Assembly (NCBI GenBank): GCA_038087875.1
Contig: CM075989.1
Location: 11,160,001 to 11,224,000 of the forward strand
Direction: 5' to 3'
DNA: 64,000 bases
Source of the DNA: Malacoraja senta
Lineage: Eukaryota
Both the position numbers and the translations under genes were made by a program. Of this stretch, positions 13,347 to 24,033 are shown piece by piece. Under the pieces are notes generated by a model. It ran no database searches. It had not been told where the DNA came from and saw only the letters and a program-made list of their open reading frames with translations. Each line of letters begins with the position of its first letter. The first letter of the stretch is position 1.

Positions 13347-13417
13347 GATGCTGTTTGTTCACTAATGTTCTCTAACAAACCTCTGAGGCCTTCACAGAAC
13401 AGCTGTATTTATACTGA

Positions 13418-13601
13418 AGGTACACAAAAATGCTGGAGAAACTCAGCGGGTGCAGCAGCATCTATGGAGCGAAGGAAATAGGTAACGTTTCAGGCCGAAA
13501 CCCTTCTTCCTTCGCTCCATAGATGCTGCTGCACCCGCTGAGTTTCTCCAGCATTTTTGTGTACCTTCGATTTTCCAGCATCTGCAGTTCCTTCTTTAAC
13601 A
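13418..13601. mobile_element. Penelope-like element terminal-repeat insertion (inverted arms plus tail) inside the Tc1 5' region
   Basis: 15-bp TSD CTGTATTTATACTGA (13403-13417, 13602-13616); about 60-bp perfect inverted arms; about 34-nt unpaired 3' tail. Confidence 0.85.
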
Positions 13602-14803
13602 CTGTATTTATACTGAGATTAGATTACACACAAGTGGACTCTATTTACTAATTAGGTGACTTCTGAAGGCAATTGGTTGCACTGGATTTTATTTAGGGGT
13701 ATCAGAGTAAAGGGGGCTGAATACTTTTGCACGCCACACTTTTCAGTTTTTTATTTGTAAAAAAATTTGAAAACCATGTATCATTTTCCTTCCACTTCAC
13801 AATTATGCGCCACTTTGTGTTGGTCTATCACATAAAATCCCAATAAAATACATTTACGTTTGTGGTTGTAACGTGACAAAATGTGGAAAAGTTCAAGGGG
13901 TATGAATACTTTTGCAAGCCACTGTATATGGATTGTATATGCAAGCAGAAGAGATTTAATTTATCTTGGCATCAAGTTTGGCACAGACATTATGGACCAA
14001 AGGGCCTGTTCATGTGCTATACTGTGCTATGTTCTATGGACAAGCAACCTGTTGACAGGCTAGTGGCATGCTAACCAAGGACAACTAAGGAGATACCCAA
14101 GAGAAGTTTATTGCAACCCTTCTCACTCCTAAAGCACAGTGAATAACACTTGCTCCCAAGTTTGTTGGTTGTGGATTCCAGTCCTATTCAAGAGACAAAC
14201 TCTAACCTGACTCTTCAGGACATGGGAAAGAATAGGAAAGGTTGTGAGGCATTTGGGCCAGCCACTGTTAAATGTGACCAGCATAGATGAGGCATCTTGG
14301 TTGGCATGGACCAGTTGGGCAGAAGGGCCTGTTTCCATGCTGTATGAATCTGTGACAGTACCTTGAGAATGCTCTATTGCTGGAGATGCCATCTTTCGAG
14401 GGAATTGTTTGCACAGGCCCTGTCCCTGTCTGGGTGAAAACTATTTCATGGTACTAATTCAGAGGAACAGATGTTCTCTCAATTGAAACATTTTAAAACT
14501 GCAGATCTGAAATAAAACCAGAAAATGCTGGAAACTGTCAGTAGGTTATGCAGCATTATGTAGAATTGATGCAAAGTGATTGACATTAACTGCTTCTCTA
14601 TCTATAAATGCTGCCTGACCTTTGAGTGCTTTACAGTCTTTTTTGTGAGATTTGAGTCTGTGAAAGTTGCTACTGAAGTACAGTTAAACAAACTGTTGGA
14701 TGAACTTGATAGGTTAGGCGGCATCCATGATAGGAAATGGACAGACAATGCTTTTGGTCGGGACCATTCATTTCACCGAAATACAGTTTCTTTATTCACT
14801 CAC

Positions 14804-14968
14804 CGATCAGAGTAGCTAGAGAGCAGTGAGGAACTGTTGGTGTGAATCGAATAATGATGAGATATTCATCATCAGCTAGCAACTTCACTTCTACACATTC
14901 TTCAGTAACCACGTCCAGTTCTTCCAGAGTGTTCGGCTTTTCTGGATCACGAATCGTACGAATAATGT
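14804..14968 (-). CDS. CIAO2A: CIAO2A coding exon 2
   Basis: [21 protein letters not shown]...[16 protein letters not shown] (MIP18/DUF59 core); acceptor ttgtcAG, donor GTGAGT; 165 nt. Confidence 0.97.
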
Positions 14969-16361
14969 CTGACAAAGAAGAGAGACACCAACTACAATGG
15001 ATTACTTTTATAATACAAATGAACTGCAGATGCTGGTGTAACTCAGTGGGCCAAGCAGCATCTCTGAGGAGAAAATGGAAAGGTGACATTTCTGGTCAAG
15101 AACTTCTTCAGGATCCAAAACGTCACTTGTCTGTTTTCTCCAGAGTTGCTGCTTTTTACTGAGGGTTCTTGGTATGCTCAGTAACAGCAGAGATAGTTGT
15201 ATCAAACCTTTATTTGTCACCTGTACACTGTGTTCATTAATTGTTTACATGAATAGGATAAATGATTAATAAACGTTGGGGCAATTTCAGCACAAAGTCT
15301 GCATCAAACCAAATTGGCTTAATGTCACCTGCATATTGTGGATTTCTGGAACAAAGTCATTTCAGTTCCATTCAGTTAATCAACACAATACTACTTCTTG
15401 GAGTGAGTCATGCAATCTTCAGCATGTCTCATTGGGAGGACCGTCAGCTTTGAATATGCATCTGTGCAATCTTTGTTAATGGTCAAGTAGCTGACAGGAC
15501 CGTCTGCCAGAGTGTGGTGATAGTGGTGCATCTTGGTGGGTGAATAAACACGACTGTTTGTTCTCCCTGCTGAGAGATCAATGTCGAGCCATCAGTATGC
15601 CTTGCAACTAAACAACTACCTGTTGTGCAATAACACTGCTGGCATTTGCGAAATGATAGCTGGATACGACTCGTTAAATTGACTGAGGTCATTAACGTGC
15701 AACTCTTTGAAACAATGTGGCTATCAGTTGGATCACATGACTTGGGGAACCATTACTCCACTGCAATCCATATCCTCTACCATTGAGAAGGACAAGGTCG
15801 TCAGGTGCATGGGAACATCAACTCTGCACGTTCCCTCCAAGTTGCATGCAATTATAACTTGGAAACACATCGCCAGTCCTTCAATGTTGTTGTGTCGAAA
15901 TCTTGGAACACTCTTGCCAATGCCAGAAGGATTGCAGTGGTTCTAGAAGGTAAATCACCCCCACAAGCGCAATCAGGGATGGACAATAAACTCTGATCTT
16001 GTCAGTGATGTCCAGATCACCCAAAACGAATAAATAAAATGGTTGATAGGAATATACATATTCGCCATGTACAAAGGCATCATCAAGGGTGAGGTACCAT
16101 TATACTTTCGAAAATATATTTAAAAGTGCTATTATTCTGTCGTTTCAAACATGATCGATTGTGCCAGTTCCCAAATGCAGTGTCTATAAATGTTCCAAGT
16201 CGACCTCTTTGACCAACTTCTGCATTCGAGTGACTGACAAAGGACATGTATTGTTCTTGTAAAAGTTGTAAAACTGTTCTATGATGAGCTGAAGTTTCAC
16301 GCCAACAATTTGACTGTCCACAGAACTACGATCAATTTATGCTGGGGGCATAAATCCTTAC

Positions 16362-16485
16362 CATAGACTTCTAGCGATTTCTCTTCCATTTTTCTGATTT
16401 TCTCCGCATCTTCTTTAATTGATAGCCGCGAAAGAAAGAGGAACTTTGCCAGGGCATAGGACGCAAGCCCAGAGACTATTTCCAT
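16362..16485 (-). CDS. CIAO2A: CIAO2A (FAM96A/CIA2A, cytosolic Fe-S assembly component 2A) coding exon 1 of 5
   Basis: MEIVSGLASYALAKFLFLSRLS...KMEEKSLEVY resembles the human N-terminus (MQRVSGLLSW...MEEKALEVY); 124 nt; phase-1 donor G|GTAAGG. Confidence 0.93.
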
Positions 16486-16489
16486 CCTT

Positions 16490-16545
16490 CAGCCATTACG
16501 CTGCAGCAGCTGCAAGACTGCTACAAGCTAAACTTCCGGGTCTGC
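16490..16545 (-). promoter_or_regulatory. CIAO2A proximal promoter/5' UTR with ETS (GABP-type) site
   Basis: CCGGAAGT on the minus strand at 16532-16539, about 50 nt upstream of the ATG; YY1-like TAATGGC near 16492-16498. Confidence 0.5.
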
Positions 16546-16702
16546 CAGCCCTGACACATCGAGTACAGACGCAACTGGAGGTGTTGGGATGACAATTTTC
16601 CAAGTCCTGATGGACCATCCAAGGGTCTGTAAAGAAGTGGCTAGTGGGACAGTTGATGCATTGATTTTTTGTTTCCAAATTTCTCTAGATTTGGATAGGA
16701 AG

Positions 16703-16970
16703 GATAGTCTGAATAAGGGTCTTGACCCAAACCGCCATCTATTCCTTTTCTCCAGAGATGCTGCCTGACTTGCTGAGTTACTCCAGCATTTTGTATTTTT
16801 CGTCTCTAGATTTTGTATTTGCACTGGAATACCACTCCTCTCTTACAGCTTTCTTGCCCCCACCACCAATATCAGTCTGACGGGTCCCAACCCAAAACAT
16901 CACCTCTCCATGGTCTCCAGAGACGCTGCCTGACCGCTGAGTTACTCCAGCACTTTGTGTCTTTTTTTAA
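16703..16970 (+). repeat. Two tandem PLE terminal-repeat copies just upstream of CIAO2A
   Basis: Two copies of gtctga..GGGTC..ACCC..AGAGAyGCTGCCTGAC..GCTGAGTTACTCCAGC. Confidence 0.8.
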
Positions 16971-17249
16971 ACACACGAGATTCTGAGGGATCTGAATATG
17001 GTGGAATGTTTCCTCTTGTCAGGAATCAAGGGTCACTGTTTGAATGCAAGATGTCGCCCATCTAAGACAGATGAAATGGGGCTAGTCTTTTGAAATTTTA
17101 GTCAATGGTGATGCACAGGGTTGATGATGGGGGAAACATCTTCGAATATTGGGAACAATAGTACAACTGAGCATGCCTCAAGAGAGCAGTATCATTGCAT
17201 AGATTTTTCATCTTGTCCATGTTGGCAGGGAAAAAAAAGCATATATTTC

Positions 17250-17800
17250 AATGTCATTAAGCTGGAAAGATGCAGAGATTTGTGCGGATTTTACCAGTAC
17301 TTGTGGGCCTGTGTCATAGTTATACAGCACGGAAACAGGCCCTTTGGTCCATACTGACCAACATGCCACATTTATACTAGTCCCACCTAATGGTCATACA
17401 GCACTGAGCTATAGGGAGAGGCTGGGCACGCTAGGACGCAGGAGGCAGGGTAATCTTTTCAAGGTATGTAGGATCCTGAGTGTGAACGCATAGTCTTCTT
17501 CCCAGGGTAGGGTAATCAAGAACTAGAGAGCACAGGTGTAAGGTGGGAAGGGGGGGGGGGGGAGAGGGGAAATTTAAGAAGAACCTGAGGGGCACCTTTT
17601 TTCACATAGAGGGTGGGTATATCCAATGAGTAGTCAGAGGAGGTAGTTGAAGCAGAAATTAAAACAAAATTTGGAAGACCTTTGGACTGGTACATGGATG
17701 AGAAAGGTTTGGAGGGATATGGGACTGGCGTAGATGTGACCTCTTGGTCGGCAAGGGCGAGTTGGGCCGAAGGGCCTTTTTCCGTGTTGTATGACTGAAA
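17250..17800 (+). mobile_element. CR1-clade LINE 3' fragment between the two genes
   Basis: LSYRERLG.LG...RTREHRCKV...LRGTFFT.RV motifs; 3' end GGGCCGAAGGGCC. Confidence 0.75.
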
Positions 17801-18524
17801 AAAACAGCTAGTAACTGAAGGAAGCGGTTATGGATTGTGTTGAGCCGAACTTCCTTTAAGGCAGCACATTCCCGCCCATTGTAAATTATACTGAATCAGT
17901 CTGGCCTTTGCCATTGATGCTGAAGGTGTCAGTCAGTGATACCGAGGATTTACTGAGTGGGGAATCGCCAGCAGGCACAGTAGTGATGAGTGGACAAAAC
18001 ATGGTGGGAGATATGACATTGACAACAGCGCCATTGATGTTCTGTATGTTTCCTCTGGGTGCTCTGGTTTCCTCCCACATCCCAAAGACTTGTGGGTTTG
18101 TAGGTTAGTTTGAAACTGTGAAATTGATCTGAGTGTGGAGGCTGCAGATGCAAATGTGGCATAATATGGAACTGGTGTGAACGGTTGGCATGGATATGGT
18201 GGGCCGAAGGACTTGTATCCAAATTGTATCTCTAAACTAAACGGTGAGGGCAGGATTATGAGATACAAAGTAATCTGGGGGAGGGGGTTTGTCTCAGTTT
18301 ATGATTCACAAAAAGACTAGTAAGGCTTTATTTTTTCACTCCCATCTTGTATCAGTGCAGGCAAGAATTTTAACCATTGCACGGTTAATGAATCATGCAT
18401 TGGACAAATACTTGAAGGTACGTTTGCAGGTCTTTGAGAAAAGATTAGGTAACTCATTCATGAAACGCGCATGGAGGCGATGGACAGAACGCCTTCTGTT
18501 GGGATATCCAGGATTCTCTTTCTT

Positions 18525-18935
18525 TTAAAATCTTTTTATTAGCTTTTTTTCCAAAAACAAAACAAAAATAATGATAAACATAACAATTATATTGATACAT
18601 AGGGATCAGGATTACATTAATAACAGGTATAACCTAAATATGAATCCAGTATCAAAATACACATTGAATATAGACCTCCCGGTCTCTATGTAAATATAGT
18701 TAAATGTTTAAAAGAAAACTTATATATGTAAAAAAAAAAGATAAAAAGAAAAAAAAGGAAGAAACAAAACCCCCCTAAACTAGAATAAAAAAAGCAAAAC
18801 AGAATCTGAGCTGGGAATTTCAACAATTTAAGTCCCTGTTTGTCGTCAAGTCCGTTCCACCATATAAAGGTAAAATAATTTTTATAACGGTTGGAGAGGG
18901 AGCAATTTATGTTGTGTGAAAATGTTGAATGATTC
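18525..18935 (-). mobile_element. Probable L1-type LINE 3' end directly upstream of the SPG11 promoter
   Basis: Minus strand ..IQHFHTT* followed by a T-rich UTR, AATAAA and an A-rich tail. Confidence 0.4.
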
Positions 18936-18999
18936 TCATTATGTGATATCGATTGCTTCTGCCTGACTTTGCTGTCGACTCAAGCAAACTTGATGTTGT

Positions 19000-19530
19000 T
19001 CATCCCGCCTCTTGCTCACTGATTGGCTGAGTGATGGAGCGCACCCCCAGCTCCATGCAGGTGATAGGTTAACGTGGCTGTCAGTCAGCCACACTGGCAT
19101 CAAGTTAGGTTGTGGCGGCAGTTGGTCTCGGGCCTCCGGCCTCCGGTAAACAGTCGGGCCCCGCGCCGCGCCATGGAGACGGGAGCCAAGGTCCATGAGG
19201 TGCTGCTGGACGCCGCGCCCGAGTGGAGGGAAGCCAAGGGCCTGTCGCGGCCCAGAGCTGTGGGCTGTTGCCGGGCGCTGTGCGGACTCTGGCGGCCGGG
19301 CGAGGGGCAGAGGGGCAGCGGCCTGTGCTTCACCGCCTTGTGCAAGGACGCAGGGCGCTTCTGCCGGAGGACGGTGGTCGCTGCGGGCGGGGAGTTTACC
19401 GAGTGAGTCGGTGGTTGGGGGCAGTACTGGGCCCGGGGCGTCACGTGGGCACCGCACTCGGCATTCTGGGAGTTGTAGTTCCGGGGGCGAAATCCCCAGT
19501 CACGTGACCTCTCCCCACAGGTCGCCTGAC
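19000..19530 (+). promoter_or_regulatory. SPG11 CpG-island promoter/first-exon region with inverted CCAAT, E-box/CLEAR and ZNF143 motifs
   Basis: GC/CpG-rich; GATTGG at 19021; GTCACGTGG 19440-19448; reverse AACTACAACTCCCAGAATGC 19461-19480; GTCACGTGAC 19499-19508. Confidence 0.75.
19173..19402 (+). CDS. SPG11: SPG11 (spatacsin) coding exon 1
   Basis: Strong Kozak gccgcgccATGG in a CpG island; METGAKVHEVLL...GGEFT; phase-2 donor GA|GTGAGT fits exon 2; protein sequence poorly conserved. Confidence 0.8.
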
Positions 19531-20116
19531 CTCTCCCACTCAATGAGCTCATGGCCTGGTCTGGTCTCTATGAATGATGAATGAATGAGACTTGATTATC
19601 ACATGTGACCTGGCACAGTGCGATTCTTTGTTTTGCAGACACTAGTGTGCAAAGAGTCGCCACATATAGGGCCCTGACAAAGTTACAAAGTAATAATAAT
19701 AATAATAATGGATTTTATTTACGGGCGCCTTATACCGAGGTCTCAAGGACACCATACAGAGATTTATAGAAAACATATAATCAGAATTTTAAGGTTCCCC
19801 ATTGTTCTCGGTGGCCCCCTCTTTGTTCTCGGCGGTGTGTCAGTCACTCATTCGGGCCCGTCTTCCTCTGGCAATCACGTGGACTCTCGTGACCTCCGGC
19901 ACTCATCGCCTGTCCTTGACCGGAGTGGTTCTGTGCCATCAATCCACATGCTTGTCATCCCCCTTGGACATCTCTGGCTCAAAAATGCATCAACCACCTT
20001 TAACATTAACACTCCACAGGTTTCAAGAGAGTCAGAACCTCTGGCATCTTCTGCCTGTCCATGGAAACCTTGTGCTGTACAATTGGGGGATTGCAGTTTG
20101 CTAAATTAATTGGTGG

Positions 20117-20212
20117 TAGACAAAAGTGCTGGAGAAACTTAGCGGGTGCAACAGCATCTATGGAGCGAAGGAAATGGGCAACGTTTCGGGCCGAAACCCT
20201 TCTTCAGACTGC
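20117..20212 (-). repeat. PLE terminal repeat with intact hammerhead-like core
   Basis: Reverse complement CTGAAGAAGGGTTTCGGCCCGAAACGTT. Confidence 0.8.
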
Positions 20213-21560
20213 CTCATCAGTCCATAGACGCCTCACACAATGTTATATATTTCTGTGAGGTCTCTCCTCAACCTCCAAGGCTCCAGAGGAAGCAATCCAA
20301 GTTAATCTAACCTCTCCTATAGCTAGTACCTTCTGATCAGTACTCTGGTAAACCTCGTCTGCACCCTCCACATCCTTCCTTAATGAGATGACCAAAACTG
20401 CACATAATACTCCAAGTGCAGCTGAACCAACGTTTTTTAAAGCTGTATTGGGGCATCCTGACTCTTCTAATCAATGCCTGGCCCGATTATGGCAAGCATA
20501 CCATATGCTTCCTTTCAATAAAACCATCACAATCCAGATAATAGAATCATAGTCATACAGCAGTGAAAAAGGTTCCATGGCCCAACCTCTCATGCTCATC
20601 TAAGCTAGTCTACTTTACGAGAGGAAGGGTCTCAACCTAAAACATAAATTGTTCATTTCCCTCTGTGGATGCTGCTCGACACCATGTGTTCCACCAGCAG
20701 TTTGTTTTATGCTCTAGATTCTAACGTGCAGTCTGCAGTGTCACCAAAATAATTTCTCTGGTTATTTCTCACCCACTATTTGGTCCTATCTGACCCCATT
20801 TAGGTCACTGTTCACAGCCCTTTCTCCCCAACAGCTCTGCACCTGGCTATTTTTCTCATCTCTAAGGTTTTTTTGTGAGGTTTTATTACTGTTTAAGGGC
20901 AAGATGTTGTGAGCGCATCTTGTAAGATTTTTTAAAAATTACATAGAGAGAATGCTTAGGATGTCAGCTGTTTTATGGTTTTGCAATTGTGATAAATTGA
21001 ATCAGTGTACAACAGTGCAGAACAATCTTATAGTATATATTTTTGCATGCACGCAACTCCTGTGCCATTATCTTTTATTTAAATGTATTACAAATAAACA
21101 TCATAAACTGGCTGAAGCAGAATGCAGGCTATTCTTGGGTTAAGAACATTAAAATTTTGACACCCTTGCCAATGAACGAGCTCCCACAATGTATTAAACT
21201 CAAAAGTCCTACATTCTACTTTTGTTTGTAGTTTCTTCTCTCTCCAGATTTAGTAATTGTTCTTTCTTATATTAAAATTCGATTTTGATAGTAGTAATTG
21301 AGTATAGAAATAGCTCCCATTCAGCTAATCATGCCCTAATGAGGTGCTAACCGATGAGACTGCTTGAAATATTGTGAAACCTCGTGTCTATCGCTGACAT
21401 AGCCCAACTGCTGCAATAAGTCTCTGCTCAACTATTGCCAGTTTCCTGGTACGATTGGCTGTCTGGTGTAACCACAGATGGTGTAAGCATTAGGGGTTTG
21501 ATGTGTTTCTGCTCCTCTAGCTGATGTATTTTCTCTGCCTGCGACATTTATGTTTGGCAG

Positions 21561-21745
21561 CTTTGTTTGGGAAACAACGGAGAATTTGCAGACTTCGCCC
21601 AACAGGGGACGTCTTCTTGCTCTGACTAACCGCAACGAATTGGGTATCTACGAGTTCTGTGTCCAGGATGGCATCTGTGACGTTACCAACACTCACAGCT
21701 GTAGTGAGGAGGCACTGCAGAAACTGGTGGAAAACAAAAACCTGA
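21561..21745 (+). CDS. SPG11: SPG11 coding exon 2
   Basis: FVWE...RLLALTNRNELGIYEFCVQDGICD...SCSEEALQKLVE resembles human KLLALGENYELLIYEFNLKDGRCD...SCSREALQKLI; 185 nt; AG/GT. Confidence 0.93.
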
Positions 21746-22039
21746 GTGAGTGATACGACTGTGTTTGTTAAAGAAAATCGCATTGATCAAAATAGCATTA
21801 AGAGGTGGTTGTGTGCCACGATATACAGGAATGTTGCTACGTAAATAAGTTTTCCAATTGTAGAAAGGTTGATAACCAGAGAACATAGTTGCAGTGGGAG
21901 AATAACCTTTGATCACAAGCCCAACAGGCAGTAGTCAGCTCAGAAAATCCTGGAGGCTCTGCAGGAGAAAGAGTTGGTGGTTCCCTGAACACATTGTCAA
22001 AATTACTTGGCAAAACATCCTCGTTCTGCACTTTATCCA

Positions 22040-22850
22040 GCTTAATGGCCTATTTTCTACAGCTGGGTGATCAAAACTGAACACAACACTCCAAGTGTGG
22101 CCTCACCAATATCCTGTACAAATGCAACATAACGTTCCAACATCTATATTCAATTCCCTGTCTGATGAAGGCAAGTGTGCCAAAAACCTTCATCACCATT
22201 GTATGTACCTGTGATGCTACTTCAGGAAACTACGTGCTTGGCCTCTACAACTTTCCCCAGGGCTTTACTGTAAAGTGTGAAGGTTCTGTCCTCATTTAAC
22301 TTCACAAAATGCAACCCCTCACACATATCTGAATTAAACTCAATTTGCCTTTCCTCAGCCCACTTGCCCAGCTGATCAAAATGTTGACAATCATCCAATG
22401 ATACCACGTATTTTAATGTCTGCAAATTTACTAACTATGCCTTGTACATTCTCATCCCAATTGTTGATATAGATGACAAACCACAATGGACTCATCACTG
22501 ATCCTTGAGGCACACCACTCGTCACGGGCCTCCAGTCAACCACTAACAACCATCCACCGTCATCACCAACTGCTTCTGTCCATTAAGCCAAGTTTGCATG
22601 TAGTACGCTTGCTTTCCCTGAATCCCATGAGATCTAACCTTCCAGAGCAGCCTACCATACGGAACCTTATCTAAGGTCTTGCTGAATTCCATGTAGTCTC
22701 TATCTATGCCCTTGCACTCATCAACTTGTTTACTTCTTCAACAATCTCAATCAAATTCGTGAGACGATCTCACATGCACAAAACAATCCTGACTATCCAC
22801 AATCAACTCCTGTCTTTCCAAATTCATGAATATCTTCCCCAGTAATTTTC
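22040..22850 (-). mobile_element. CR1-clade LINE RT fragments
   Basis: DQLGKWAEERQIEFNSDMCEGLHF motif. Confidence 0.75.
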
Positions 22851-23805
22851 AGAATCTTCTCCAGCGACGGCGGCCTGAAACATTGGGCCACCGTCGCGGC
22901 GACTGCGGAGGCCTCAATAGGCCTGACCATGGGTGAACAAGAGGAAGAGGACTGGACTTTGCTGCCTTCCCTCACAGTGGGAACCATTGTGGGGGGATGT
23001 TTTTATGTTTTATGTTAAATTCTTTAATGTTGTGTTTTATTCTTATTGGTGTGCTGCAAATGGCAACTCAAATTTCACTACACCAATTGGTGTATGTGAC
23101 AATAAATGTCCTTTGTTTGTCTTTGTCAGTAACTTTCCTACCCTAGGTATTAGTCTTACTGGATTTCTTTGCAGATCTTCTTAAAATAGAGGTACAACAT
23201 TAGCCATGCTTCAGTCTATTGGCATCTCACTCATGTCTAACGATGATTCATATATCTCAGCCAGGATTCCTGCAATTCTCTAACTTCCCATAATGTCCTA
23301 GGATTAACCTGATCAGGCCCGTGAGATTTCCAAACCTTCATAGTTCTGGAGAAAACCTGTCTTTTGTCTCGTAACCATTCTTCAATCAAGTTAATATCTC
23401 ACTCCCAGTCTCATGAGTCTTGCATCTTGTGCGACAAGCTCTTCTACAGCACCCTATTGATTTCCTCTAAAACTCCCAAAAATCTATTCTACCAGATGGA
23501 TTCTCAAAACAACTATTTATTTTATTTCACTATATAATCCTTAACAATGGATTCTAGCATTTTTTGTTGCAGATGTTGTGCTAATTAGCTTTCAATTCTC
23601 TCTTACAGTTTCTTGGAAAATAGGTGTTGGTTTAATCGAGCATTTCTAATCAGTTTTAAGATTTCTCTTTTTTTGGCGTAGTCTTAGTGACCATGCCAAA
23701 TTGCATAAAAAGTAGATTTATCACATAAATTTGAATTAAAACATTTTGCAAGTTCTTCTGATGTTACTGCAGATGCGTACAAACTAAAATGGTTTTGATT
23801 TACAG

Positions 23806-24033
23806 GTCTGCAATCAAACTTCACTATGAAGATTCTATCGTTTAAAAATAGCACATCCTTCATACTGCTCAATAATTGCACCTTGCTTCACCTGTATTGG
23901 TTGGAAGGCACTTCTGAAGCAGATATATTCGATGGCTTTAAACTTTGTCTGTCTCCTGAGGCCTCTGGGAGAATAACGGATGGACAGATTTGCCAGGAAA
24001 TGCTTTTCCTATTGGACAGCGCGGGCTGGATTT
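23806..24033 (+). CDS. SPG11: SPG11 coding exon 3
   Basis: MKILSFKNSTSFILLNNC...LFLLDSAGWI; acceptor ttacAG; followed by U12-type donor GTATCCTTT. Confidence 0.92.

Larger units (their letters stand above)
12108..13924 (-). mobile_element. Full-length Tc1/mariner DD34E transposon, IR/DR type, Passport-like
   Basis: TA TSD on both sides; about 213-bp terminal inverted repeats (12108-12320, 13712-13924) starting CAGTGGCTTGCAAAAG, with internal direct repeats; transposase inside. Confidence 0.96.
11905..14037 (+). mobile_element. CR1-clade LINE 3' fragment split by the Tc1 insertion
   Basis: FTQRVVGAWN..PGVVVEADTI..FK..LD C-terminal motif to the left of the Tc1; 3' UTR ending ctatgttctatg to the right. 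Confidence 0.85.

Noticed and set aside
18939-19584. Several long ORFs around SPG11 exon 1 (172 aa, 150 aa, 129 aa)
   Set aside because: By-products of CpG-island composition; only the ATG 19173 frame splices in phase to exon 2
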